DNA of 64,000 bases from the NCBI RefSeq assembly GCF_009914755.1, contig NC_060929.1; one strand, given 5' to 3'. This DNA comes from the human T2T-CHM13v2.0 reference genome, Homo sapiens. A program made the position numbers and the translations under genes. Positions within the stretch are counted from its first letter, which is position 1, and the number at the start of each line of letters is the position of its first letter. The notes below the pieces were generated by a model. The model did not search any database and was not told the origin of the DNA. It saw only the letters and a list, made by a program, of their open reading frames with translations. Shown here piece after piece: positions 30,418-49,322 of the stretch.

Positions 30418-32584
30418 CTTCCACAAATTCTCTTGACTTCAATCTCTCCTTTGCTTACGCTACTTAGCAATTTAATTCCAGAGCCTTTCCACTAAAGAGC
30501 TATATGATCAACAGGACTTAGTTTTTTCTTCCAATGATAGCATTTAAGTCAAAGGAGTGGCTCTCTAACAGGAAACTTTTTGTACTAAAGGTGCTCCCCA
30601 GCCTGACTTTTTTTAAAAAACAGAAACTCTCTTTGACTTCTTGCAGTTATTGAAGGCAAGAAAGGTGCTTCCTACTCTTGGCAAAAAAAGGCACTGCTCA
30701 TACGCCCAGCAGACAAGCGTCTTTCTGAGGAACCAGGGGAGACAGATTTTGAGCAATTGATGGAGAGGGTGTGAAACTACTCTGAGGGCACCATGCTCTG
30801 GCAGGCTGTTTTTACTGTGTAAGGCAGTGCAGCGGGCAGTGCCCACACTCTGATGATGACTGTCCTGGATTCTACGGAGTGGCAGCCGCTTACTAGCCAT
30901 GTGGTCTGGGGTAAGTCACAACTTCTTGGACCTGTGTTTCCTCATCTGTGAAATGGGAAGAAGACAAGTAGATAGAATTGTGGTGAGGGTGACATGATGG
31001 CTTAGTGTGCTTAGAACAGCACCCTTTGTAAACTTGTGCTCAATTCAGAGCCAGCCCTGTAATGACAGTCACAGCTACAATGACAGTGGTTTGGTTTCTG
31101 GATGAGATTTGGTGTAGGGGAGAGAGAAAGCCAGGGACAAAGCAAGAAAACCCTTCATCTGTAAGAGGGTGCTTCAGTGGTGCTCAAGGAAGGGAGAAAG
31201 CTGAGAGGACCACAGGGGTTGGAGGCCAGGTAGCCTCCCCTTAAGTCCCCTTAAGGACCTGCTGTAGCTGCATCCAAGATCTCTGGCCCATTTCTGATCC
31301 TGTAGTTAGGAAACATCCTGGAGAAACAGGCCTCCAACACCAGCCATTCCTGGGCTTCCAAAGTCCGCTGGGTAGACCTGGTGTGAAGGTGGATCTGGGT
31401 ACCCTGCCTGGCTGAGCTTCCTTTCTCCCTCAGGAAATCAAGAAAAAGCTCTCTTCTTCTCCTTCCTCTCTCAAGAGCAGGGCTGCATCTCCAGTCTCTG
31501 GCACAGAGGCCTTGATAAATAATCAACGAATGGATGGAAGGACGGATGGATGAAAGAATGAAAGCAAGCCCATTTCTGACAGGCTGAATCAATTCCTGAG
31601 CCCAGTTTTAAAAAGAGACCAGAGGTGAGGTTGTGGGTGGTTGTTTTCTTTAGGAGGAAATTGTGAAAATGCCTTCTAGGTCAGAGGTGGCATTCGGCCA
31701 GCTGGGTCACCCACGGGCTTCCCTTCTTGCTGGGAGGACTTCCCTGTGTCAGGAAGGAGAAACTGCTGTGATGACATCACACTGCGGCCTCAGGCAACCC
31801 CTGGTTCCTTTGTGCTCCGCTTTACACGTGACCCAAATAAGTGTCACTGACTGAAAGCAGGGCCTGCGGGGTGGGGGCCATTTGTCACCCGAATAGCTGG
31901 CATCTGGGGCCTGCATCCCACAAGTGCTTCTGTCCTCGTACGGAGGATAGGAGTTATCTCCTGTCACGAAAGAAGGTTTCGGTGTCACTGCTTTAAAGAA
32001 AGCTCACTCCTAACTCACCAGGGGCTGCCTCTGGCCCAGGTCTGACGGCACTGCTGCGCTGAACGTGTGGGCACTGGGGACCCTGATCCTTTGTTCCGAC
32101 CTATGCGGGGAACAGGGAGAAGGAAAAGGAGAGGCCATCTTGGGTACCGCCCTTGTGGTTCAGAGGGGAGATGCTTCCAGATACAAGAGCTGGTCCTGAG
32201 GGCTGATGTTTTCATCGGGGTCAGCACAAATGCTGCTCTGCTGGCTCAGAAGGAAGTGTGCCCAGGAGTCTCCCAGCAATCTCTCCGCGTTCTGACCTGA
32301 ATCTTCCTGGCACAGCCAAGGAAGGACGTGGTCTGGCTGTACAACTAGGGCCATAGTTGTACAGTGGCTGAGAACCACTGAGTCAACCCCAAGGTGACAA
32401 CCTGTGTCCCCATTACTAGGCACATCCGAGCTGTATGCTTTTAGGGAAGTGTCCTAACTTACTGGGCCTCGGATTCTTCCTCTGATACTTGCGGAAAATA
32501 CAACTACAGCCTACCTTATAGAATTGTTTTGAGGATTAAATTAGTAAATCTGTGTAAAAAATTCAGAACACTGTGTGACATATA

Positions 32585-33157
32585 GGCTGGGCACAGTGAC
32601 TCATGCCTATAATCCCAGCACTTTGGGAGGCCGAGGCTGGTGGACCGCTTGAGCACACAAGTTAGAGACCAGCCTGGGCAACATGGCAAAACCTTGTCTC
32701 TACCAAAAAAAAAAAAAGTCTGGGCGCAGTGGCTCACGCCTGTAATCCCAGCACTTTGGGAGGCCGGGGCGGGCAGATCACTTGAGGCCAGGAGTTCAAG
32801 ACCAGCCTGACCAATATGGTGAAACCCTGTCTCTACTAAAAATACAAAAATTAGCTGGGTGAGGTGGTGGGAACCTGTAATCTCAGCTACTCAGGAGGCT
32901 GTGGCAGGAGAATCATTTGAACCTGGGAGGCGGAGGTTGCGGTGAGCCGAAATTGCGCCACTGCACACCAGCCTGGGTGACAGAGCAAAATGGTGTCTCG
33001 AAAAAAAAAAAAATTAGCAGGGCCTGGTGGTATGGACGCGCCTGTGGTCCCAGGTACTGGGAGGCTGAGGTGCAGGGAGCCGTGATCATGCTACTGTACT
33101 CCAGCCTGAGTGACAGAGTGAGATCCTGCCTCAAAAAGATAAATAAAAATAAACAAA
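32585..33157 (+). mobile_element. AluJ with an AluS nested in its central A-linker
   Basis: Left arm 32585-32717, full Alu 32718-33012, partial right arm 33013-33157. Confidence 0.85.
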
Positions 33158-35196
33158 CACTCAATAAACATTAACGATCCCATCACCACTGAGGCTAGGA
33201 TTTACCCTCCACCCGCAGGTTCCGATTATAGAAAAGAGAAATGTAGTGAGATTACAAGTGATTTTTATTTTGTTATTTTTATTTTTTCCCATCTTCTGGT
33301 TTTCTACAGGAACAAATATTACTCTCCTGCTGATAAAAACACTTTAAACTCCTCAGAAGGCAAGACTCTGCTGCTGGGAATCTAGAAGCCAGAGCTAGCA
33401 GAATAACTGCCAGAGAACATTCCAGAACGTAGGTCTGCTCCAGTCCAAGAATATCTCGGCATGAACCTGTTTTACAAGTACCTACAAGTCGGGAGGCATC
33501 AGACTTTCCTAGAAAAGTCCCAGAAACCTCACTATGTCGGTGACAAAGAGAGACTTTTCCTGTCTAGACACCACAATGCTTGTAATTAAAATTAAGATTT
33601 AGGAGGTGGAGGGAGGCAACACACACTCCTTGAAGACAATCTCAAAAATCCAGGTAAATGCTCCACACATAAAAATAATCTCTAATCTTAGCACCAAGGG
33701 ATAGAATAGGCCAACATATCTCGTTCGAGTCTGAAACGGATTTCAAAATCAACCAAAGCTGCCCTGCCAGTGCTAGCTATCACAACTGACAATACTGACA
33801 GGTAAGTGCTTGGGTGGTGAGGGGTGGGCTGCTGCGATCAGGGGCTCCTGAACACCGCATGTTCAATTAATTATTCGTGCAGCTTGAAATACAACCCCCA
33901 CTCCCGGAAAACAAAAATAAAATTAAAATAAAAAAAAGCCATGCAGAGCCCGGAAAGTTAGGCCCTGGACAAACAGGTCTGGGTGTTAAACTTGCTAAGG
34001 CAAATTGAACAATTTAAGAGCTTCCGGCCCAGCCAGCTGTCTGACAGGCAGTTTACACAAAATCCCTCCCCTGAAACAGCTCTAAGCCTGCCAGTCTGCA
34101 GAGATGGGAACAGGAAATGGAAAATCACCATGTCCTCCGCTCACTGTGCTGTGACATTCGAGCCCCGTGCCCAGATTTGCTCAGCATGGCCCTCACTAAT
34201 GTGACAGACCACCTTTTCCAGTTGCCCTGTGCCGCGTGGCCACCACGCAAACGTCACTGATTAGAGAAGCACCATTGATGTCATGGCAGTGTTTTGGAAG
34301 AAAGATAAGCAATAGTCACTTTAATTGCACACATCAAATGTAAGACCTGTTCTGATTCCTGAAATGTTCAAACATTGAAAGGCTCAAGCATTTCAAATGC
34401 TCTCCACGGCAGGAAGGAAATGGAGTTTCCTCCTGACCACTCTTGCATGAGATGTAGGGAGCTATTAAATTATCTCCTGCAAGGGCGCTGCCACGTTTCC
34501 TTGAAGATTTAGGTTTAATTCTATCAATAAATCTCATGTTTTGTCAGAAATACACCCCTGAAAAAGACCACCTGGAAATATTGCCCCATTTGCAGCTGCT
34601 GCCTACAATTAGAGCCGTGGAGGCATCTCAAGCATTCCCAGCTTTGGGGAGAGCTGATGTATTTAACTTCTCCAGGCTAGGAAGCAGCATATTCATTCAT
34701 CCTTGTCGACCAGAAAGGATTAAGACTGCTTTCAAGTTTCTGAAATCTCCAGTGGGGAGACCCCATCCCGTCCCCTGCCTTGTTGTCAAAGAAGCTGCTT
34801 TTCAGAAGCAACAGTTGCCAAGTAATCAAAGCAGGGGTGAGTGGGGGATGGAGGATGCAAAGGGGAGTGATGCTGGTTTACTGGGAGGAAGACAGGCCTC
34901 TCCTAGAATCTCCTGAAGCCCCACTGCAGGTACCTGGCAGGCAATAGCTTTTAGTGGTATCTGCCCTAAGACATGAGGCTTAACAGGCACTAAAAGCAAT
35001 CAGTCTGGAAAGGATTCCTTGTCTGTGCTTCCTGGATAGGGAAAGGCAGAAATGCAGGGCAAAGGCTCTCGTGGCTGGGAGCACAGAAGAGAAGCCCCAA
35101 GTGGACACGGGTGAGGGGCCGGGATGGAGAAGAGACATTGCTTGTTCTTTTATAGTTTATTGTTTAGGTAGAGAGTAAGTCAAATAAATGTTTTTC

Positions 35197-35233
35197 TGGA
35201 AGGCAGCTGTGCTCACCACTGTACCACCAATGC
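35197..35233 (-). pseudogene. tRNA-Gly(TCC) 5'-half retrocopy
   Basis: The - strand reads GCATTGGTGGTACAGTGGTGAGCACAGCTGCCTTCCA, 34/37 identical to the recalled tRNA-Gly-TCC nt 1-37, then GAAAAA. Confidence 0.8.
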
Positions 35234-35654
35234 TAACAGTTCCAAAGGCTCCCACAAATGAAGTCAAATTTACGGAAAAACGGGTCTCATCAGCTGTTGG
35301 TTGAGTTAAAACTTCTGTAAGGCAATTTGGCACTACTTATCAAAATCTTCAGTGTTACCTACCTGTTGACCAAAACAATTCCACCTCTGGGAATTTATCT
35401 TACAGACAGACTCATGTAAGTTTGCAAAGATACAGGGAAAAAGCCAGTCACTGTACAGCAGTGAAAAAAAGAGATGGCAACCTGAATGTCCAAAAATAGA
35501 GAAATCATTACATAAATGACAGTGTTTATAAAACAAAGGACTTTGCAGTCAATAAAAAGAGTGAAGTAAATCCACAAGCGCTGATGGAAAAAGAGGTTCC
35601 GTAACATACTATGAAGAAAGCACCTTTAGCAGTAACCCAGCTGTGTAAATATAT

Positions 35655-36568
<914 letters not shown>

Positions 36569-36732
36569 GTTTGTATATCCATGGAACAATTCCAGAAAAA
36601 TACACCAGATCAAATTCAGAAGAAACTGTTCCCAGGGGTTACCTGGGATTGGGAAAAGGATTTTTATTTTATTCTTTGGATCTCACTTTACAAGTGAGTA
36701 TAATAATTGTAATTTTAAAAATCTATAGTAAG

Positions 36733-37025
36733 GGCCAGGTGTGGTGGCTCACGTTTGTAATCCCAGCACTTTGGGAGGCCGAGGCAGGCAGATCATTTGA
36801 GGTCAGGTGTTTGAGACTAGCCTGGCCAACATGGTGAAACCCCGTTTCTACTAAAAATAAAAAAATGAGCTGGATGTGGTGGTGTGTGCCTGTAATCCCA
36901 GCTACTCAGGAGGCTGAAGCACGAGAATCACCTGAACCCAGGAGGCAGAGGTTGCAATGAGCCAAGATCATGCCACTGCACTCCAGCCTAGGTGACAGAG
37001 TGAGACCTCGTCTCAAAAAAAAAAA
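36733..37025 (+). mobile_element. AluS
   Basis: TSD aatct(a/g)tagtaagg. Confidence 0.9.
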
Positions 37026-37642
37026 CAATCTGTAGTAAGGAGATGGGCCTTTTCACAGGTAAGCTCAGCACAGCATGACTGACTCACAGAGCTAAGGGAC
37101 CCTGCTCTGCAGGAGGACCAGAGCCAGAGACGGGGGCTTTCCCACCCCCCTGAAAGAAAGGCCATGCGACCACCTCCTGCCAGACACTTCTCCTAGGGAG
37201 GAGGACAGGGGCCAGCACGAAGGTCAGCACAGGATGTGGCCCCACCTACAGAAACCAGAAGTCAGAACTTTACTGTAAGAGTCAGATCTATCAGCCTCAC
37301 CTTCCACTGCTTTTCACAGACAACAGGCAGTGGGCCAGGGGCAGGAGGGGCTCAGAGGACAGAGGAAAACCACTCACCAGTGAGAAACCTTGTTTTCTCA
37401 GGGACAGGCTCAGGCTCAGGGTCCGGAAGTGACAGTGAAAGAAAACAGAAAAAGTACGATGGAATTGCCATTAGATGGGGAAGAAAAAGGAAGAATGGAA
37501 AAGGAAGGAAGAGAGGGAATCTGGCAGTTTTGTTCACTGGGTAGTGTGTAGGGGTGTAATCTATGATTCATTTTCCCCCCATAAATGAAAATAAATTTTC
37601 CCAGCTATGAAAACACATCTAGGTTTGGAAGGATTTGTGTGT

Positions 37643-37941
<299 letters not shown>

Positions 37942-38004
37942 GAGGTCTGGAAGGATTCACACAAAACTGTGGGAGTGGGACTGTGAGCAAAGGGGAGAAA
38001 CTAA

Positions 38005-38259
<255 letters not shown>

Positions 38260-38429
38260 TAATAAGGTCTTACAGTTAAGGCCTAGCTACCCTAGCAAAA
38301 GGTCACCTCTTGCCCTCCTGGCTTTCTCCCCAACCCTCCCTCCCTCCTCAGGCTGGTCCATGCCCTGGGGCCAAAGACTCAATACTGCAGTCATCTCCAG
38401 GCAGCAACCACCAAGCAAAAGCAAACCTC

Positions 38430-39745
<1,316 letters not shown>

Positions 39746-40299
39746 TGAACCTATAAAAAGGGCGGGTGACAGCACGACCGCATAGGCTGGTCGTGAGGAT
39801 CCGTGCGATGTGTGTAAAGTGCCTGGCATGGGGTCCAGCATGTAGAAAGAACAGTAAGGAAGGAAGCCACAGCCGCTGTGATGCCGATGATTCAGGGGCA
39901 CTGCCAAAGCCAACTCACCTGGAAGTTGTGGGATTTCCACGTTGTCAAATTATCCTTTTAATTAAACAACAGGAAGAACAAAAAGACATTGCAGGAGGGG
40001 TGCTGTATAAGATGAAAGATTAAAGAAGAGGGAGGCTCAACTTCATTTACTGTTTAGTGATCTCTATACTATATTTATGGTAGAGTTCTATCCTGTGTTA
40101 AGGTAGGAGACGCAAACAATGAACTCTGAGGGAGAGAGGGTGTCTTTGCCACATGTCCACTGTGGAATGACGAAATGCTCTCGCTTCTTCTGCCTCCTCC
40201 TGTGGCCCGCAGACATGGGTCCCTGGCTGAGCCCTGTTGGACGGGGCAGAAGGGGCTGTAGGTAGGTGAGAAAATCCCATCTCTGCTTCCTGTCTATCT

Positions 40300-40855
<556 letters not shown>

Positions 40856-43080
40856 TTCCTGTCTATCTGGAAGCAGATTTAAAAACCTGAGATTGACAGG
40901 TGGGGGGGCAAGAACCCCAGCTCTTCTTATCTCAGAATAATTTGGTACCAAATTAGCAGATCTCCAAACTTCCCGAGGCAAGGGGATCCCCCTTGTGGCC
41001 CACAATGGCCTGGGGAGAGGGGAGGAGGGAAGAATAGGATTTCAGGCTGTCATGGAAACTTTTCTTCCCTCTGGTCTCTGCAGCATATGGCAGGTGTCCT
41101 GAAAAATCTGTTCCTGCTGCCCGAGGCTGTGCTGCCCTCAGACACGTGGGTGGGGGCGTCTGCCTCTCTGTCTGAAACGTCCCCTCTCTCCGCCAAGGTG
41201 GCAGCAGCACAAAGGAGTCTCCAGTGTGTGCCTCACATCCCAGCTCCCCAGACAGACACTCGGGGAGAGCTTCCATGGCCCCATGGAAATATAAGTCCCC
41301 TGCCCCCAGCGGGCCGCGATGCAGCCCATAGATCACAGACAGCAGCAGGCCAAAGGCCGTGGCGCAAATTTCTCCTGTGCTGCTTGAAATACGATGCCCA
41401 GTGTGCCCTCCACAGCCGGAGATGTTTCACAAGCCCCGCAGACGAAAGGGGGCTGCACGTTGATTTGGGGTGCTGAGACAGGCTGGACACCCAGCAAGAC
41501 TGGCTCGCATGTGTAACAAGGGAATCCAGTTGGCCAAAGGTAGAGAAAAATCACCAAATGTGGGGCTATGAGCCTAAAGCAGCCAATGGGATCACGAACA
41601 ACAGCAGGTAAAAGGTGCCAGCGTGGAAAACGAGACAGAATTCTGAAAACTCTAAATCTGTGCTTCCGGAACTGGGTGATCGTGCCCATGGGGTTTATGG
41701 AAGCCTGCCAAAAGCAGACAAAGCTACAGGAGAAAGTGGGTGCCATAGTCCTGCAGCACCAAGCAGGATGAAGGATGGAGGGGCAGGGAGGGGAAATGAA
41801 TAATGAAATAGGACACAAACATATCTCAGAGGAGAATGTAAAATCTGACTGTCAAGGATAAAATACCAGATGTCAAAGAAATGTCCTAATTGTACCTGGC
41901 CACTTTGAGCCTGAGGCCTCTGGGGCATTCCATTCCTCTGCATTAGGGCAACTATAGAAGTATAGAGGCCTGGCTCTCAAGGAACCATTAGCTCCATTAG
42001 TTTCATTGATTACACAGATTATTTTTGAGGTCTTACTATGTGCCAAGCTCCTTTCCATCCCTGAAACTTGCTATCCATGGGGGGTGGTGGTTGTTCATTC
42101 AAAGCACATGACGCTGAGGGTCTGCATACTTGGGAGACCTCACCTGCTGAGGGCAGTGGGGGAAGGTTTTCACAGGGATCTAGAGCCTCGGTGATGTTTA
42201 CCCAGAACCAGGTGGGCAGCGGGAGGGAGGGAGAAGCAATCCAGGTAGAGGGAACAGCATGTGCAAAGCTCTATGACAAGAGGGGGCTTGGCCAGTGTGG
42301 CTGGAACCCAGGAAGTGATGAGGAGAAAGGCACAGGGCAAAGAGGCAGGAACTCAAGGGTTGGTCTTTAACCTAAGACTGCCAGTAAACCATGGGATGAT
42401 GTTAAGTGGAAGGGTGGCATGGCAGAACTGTGTTTTAAGGAGATCATCCGAGTAGCAGCGAATTAACACAGTAATCTCTACCAAGGCAGACAGACAGATG
42501 GTCAAAGCTACGCTGTGTTTTTAGTGAGGCCTGTTTGGAAGGTGCAAACCCCAAGAGGGCTGTGCCCAGGCCTGGTGACCACACAATGGGTCCTGCTTAG
42601 GTCCAAATCAAGCAGTCACATTTCAAAACACCTTATGAACAGTGGTTGCTAGGGTTCCCCTCCCAGCACGTTCATATCCCCCATACCAGGAAGCAGGAGA
42701 CAGGAGGTTGAGGGCACAGGTTCTGGCACCAGGCAGTTCTGGGCTCAAATCTTGTCTGCCATATACTACCCGGGCAGCCCAAAACTGGCTTCGTCACCTC
42801 TCTGTGCCTCTGTAAAGTGGGGTATACTAAGAGTATCTGCCTCCTAGGGCCACTGTGTGGATTGAGACAAGCTGCTAACATCCTTATCACTTGGTCTGGT
42901 ACATTAAAGATGCTAAAAAATGTTGCATCTAAAAATGTTGATGCTAAAAAACGCTCAGTGAAGGATGAACATATAAGACGTGCAAAGATCGTCAAAATGT
43001 AAAGTGATTTGGAAGCAGCCAGGCGCACTGAGCGGGAGGAGACCGCACAAGCGCGGAGGAAGACGTAGGTTTTCGCTTAC

Positions 43081-43294
43081 TTGCAAGCAGGAGGCAGGAG
43101 ACGGCCACGGTGTAGAGCTGCTTGGAGGTGGTGACGTTGTAGCGATCCATGAAGTGGTCCAGCAGGTAGACGGCCAGGTGCCGGGCTGCAGGGCAGAGCT
43201 GGCAGTGGCTGCTCAGCAGGGTCAGGATGTCCACGAAGAACCGGCGGCTCTTCAGGAGTGGGGAGTGGGCTCGGAAGGTGGGCAGCTTCAGTTC
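43081..43294 (-). CDS. CCNJL: Cyclin J-like coding exon (N-terminal cyclin box, 214 nt)
   Basis: ctccag|GAACTG ... CTTGCAA|gtaagc. Encodes ELKLPTFRAHSPLLKSRRFFVDIL...AVYLLDHFMDRY...LYTVAVSCLLLA; ends in phase 1. Confidence 0.96.
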
Positions 43295-44196
43295 CTGGAG
43301 GACAGGCGGGGCGGAGGGGTGACGGTCAGGGCTGCCTCCTGAGAGTCTCGGCTGTCCCAGGAAATGGGACCTCAGGGCCTGAATGGGAGGCAACGATTCC
43401 CTCCATACCCTTCTTAGTTTTCCTGCAAGTCCCAGGATGGCAGCCCCGCCTGGGCTATCTCCCATCTGCTTTCACTAAGCACAGGCTCATAAAGTATCAA
43501 GGACCTAGAGGATGACAGAGGAAGCCAGTCATTCCTTCCCATGGGAAAGGTTTGCTATTTGAGATACACAAGGCCATAAAGGAATAAAGGCATTGGGGTC
43601 AGAGGTCTAAGTCCAAATTCTTTTTTTTTCCCCTAGGGTCTGGTCTGAAGTAACACATCCAAATTCTGGTTCCACTACTCAGCCAAGTTGTGTGACCCTG
43701 GTCACCTGCCATCACCTTTGTTTCCTCCTCGAGAGCTGAGAACTAAATTTAAAATGTATGCAAAATGCCTAGCACACCTGTGACCTCTCAGGATCCACAT
43801 CTAATTCTTTCTGAGGGTAGGATTACGAGAGACGGGTTTTTGAAAAAAATCAACCTAAAAAAGTTGTTGAAATAATAGTACAAGGAACTCCCAAATACCC
43901 TTCACCTCAATTCCCTAATTTTTGACATCTGCCTTCTTTTTCTCTACATGCATATACATTTTTTTTCTAAAAGTAAGTTCAGATATCATGATACTTCCCA
44001 CACCCCTGGGAGGTGACTAGATGACTTTTACTTCTACTTTGCAATATATATACTGCCACATTACCTTATTTTATTTGTCTAACTCAAGAAAAACCAATAA
44101 AAGATATCAAACCAACAAAGTTTTTTACAACATAATAATGTTCTTATATGCAGTATCTCTCATATTTACCGTTCAATCAAAGAAGATTAGACACTA

Positions 44197-44511
44197 TTTG
44201 TTTGTTTGTTTGTTTGTTTGTTTAAGAGAGGAGTCTCCCCCTCTTACCCAGGCTGGAGAGCAGTGGTGCAATCACAGCTCACAGAAGCCTTGAACTTCTG
44301 GGCTCAAGCAATCCTCCCACCTTGGCCTCCCAAGTAGCTAGGACTACAGGCATTCATCACTGCACCCAGCTAATTGTTTTTGTATTTTTTGTAGAGACAG
44401 GGGTCTCATTGTGTTGCCTGGGATGGTCTCAAACTCCTGACCTCAAGCGATCCTTCCCACCTTGGCCTCCTAAAGCGCTGGGATTACAGGCCTGAGCCAT
44501 CAAGCCCAGCC
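44197..44511 (-). mobile_element. AluJ
   Basis: TSD tagacacta(t/c)ttgttt. Confidence 0.9.
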
Positions 44512-44899
44512 TAGACACTACTTGTTTAGGAAATGTCTTTGCAACATTTTGCCAAAGAAGGAAACTAAAAAGAAGTAAAATTGAAGGAAAACAGGAAATA
44601 AGTTGGCAGAAAAGGAATGTGAAAGCTCACTTATGGCAGGCTCACAACGGGATGAGATCGAAACAAATTGGTGCCCCTCTTCTATAGAAAACCTCTCTCT
44701 TAACCCTGGGGCTTACTTAACTAGCAGCAGATCCAGGACTAGAAAGGGATATCTGCTCATTCATTCATTCATTCATTCAAGAGCTATTCATTCATTTTAC
44801 TCAGTAAGTATGAAGTACCTTCTCTACACTGGGTGTTATTCTAGGCACTGGGGATGCAATCTGGAATAAGATAGACATAGACATAAACGTTAAGACTTA

Positions 44900-46985
<2,086 letters not shown>

Positions 46986-47496
46986 AGACAGACGTTATCA
47001 CCCACAGTCATGGAGTCCACAGTCCAACAAGGGAGAGAGGTGGCAATCCAGCAATAAGACAGTTGCAGAATTCCAAACTGTGATGAACTAATACTGCAAA
47101 AGAAAGCCACAGATGCTCTGGGAGGCCCCATTGTCTCTGAGGGGAGGGAGGCCTGCCTCCTGAAAGTGAGGCTTGAGTTGAGATTTCACACTGATTACTT
47201 CTCCTCTGGCCTGATCCTCCAGAGAGCTCAGAGACCAGGACTCAGCTATTTTTCGCAGTCCTAGAGCTTTGCTCATGGAAGGCTCTCAAAGCCTGAATAA
47301 ATTACTTCTTCTCCCTTATGTTTATATATGAAGAAATTGAGTTTCAAAAAGTCCCTGAGTCCCTGGGCTTTATCTAACTAGCAAAAGATCTTAATTAGAA
47401 GACTTTCAAAGTATCCCTTTTTTCAACTTTTTTTTTTAATTGCTTGGGCTTACCAGAAAACTTTTTTATTTTTATTTTTTTTAAGTCATGGAGCTC

Positions 47497-47761
<265 letters not shown>

Positions 47762-48054
47762 AGTCATGGAGCTCTTTTAGCCCCAGCTTAACTTCTTTAA
47801 GGAAAAGACCTGATGTGCTTGTGTATTCTTCATCTTCATGGTTTGATGAATTTATGCAGCCACCATGGAGTTCAAACTCCTTGAGGGCAGATCTGGGTCT
47901 CCTTTGCACATCACTGTTACTTCAGCACCCCAGTGTGAAGAGAACAGGGTTAGGTGCCCAATAACTAATTGCTGAAAGACAGAAGGGGTGGGGAGGGAGG
48001 GAGAGGCAGTAAAGAAAGCAAGGAAAGAATTGCAGTGGTGGATACAGAAGGTCC

Positions 48055-48102
48055 TGGCCAACAGAGGGAAGTCGTGGCCAACAGAGGGAAGTCGTGACCA
48101 AC
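48055..48102. repeat. 20-bp tandem repeat (about 2.4 copies)
   Basis: tggccaacagagggaagtcg x2 followed by tgaccaac. Confidence 0.9.
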
Positions 48103-48912
48103 TCTACAGAGTAGCAAGTCCATGGGAACTTCAAAGAAGACAGATTGAGCCAAGTTGTACAATTTACCTGTTGAAGATGCAGGAAAGGTAAGGATCTCTC
48201 ACTAGGAGAAACAGCACCTGCAAAGCCACACAAGTGTCCCATCTGGGGAACAGCCAGCCAGGCAGGGTGTGCCTAGACACAGGCTGGAAACGTGGGCAGG
48301 GGCCCAGCTTGCATGCCCTGTTGAGAAAACTGCCTTGCCCTACTCTGAGGGCAATAGAAACTGAAGGGATTAGAGCAGATCATTGGCCTGGTCTGAGCAG
48401 CCTTGCATAGAGATCTTTTGGCCAGCTTCTTCCTAGGGTAAGGCCAGACAGCTGGTAGCAGCAGCCAGTGCGGGGCGGCAGCTCCTCTCAACAGTGCTCC
48501 TACCTTCCAGCAGCCCCTACAAGCTTGCAGACTACGTGGGTATTTCCTCTAAGCACAGGGCTCTAAGTTTAGGGTCATGACAAGCAGCAGCCACAGTCAT
48601 AGATCCTTGGTGTCTGGTGGGCTGCAGCTGCCGGAAATTAGACTTAGCCAAGTGACCTTTGGCCGGGCCACGCTGCCTTCATCAGTGCAGTCCAAAGCCC
48701 CCAAACACAAGTCAGATAGGCAACGTCTTGACCTCCCTCCCCACTCAACTGGCCAAGCTCAAAGCCTTCTAGATTTTCCCTTGAGCCAAGTGAGAGAAGA
48801 GAACTCAAGGCAACACAAAGAACGTCTTTCCTGTACGTGTTCCTGGGAGAAGCGTCCTTTGCCTTGAGCAGATTCTCAAAGAAAGACATTGGTGCATAAA
48901 AGAAAAAGTTAT

Positions 48913-49322
<410 letters not shown>

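Noticed and set aside
48055-48102. Short direct repeats as a CRISPR-like array (also 29588 and 58562)
   Set aside because: Only two copies each, with no spacer series, in a eukaryotic context. They are simple slippage duplications.
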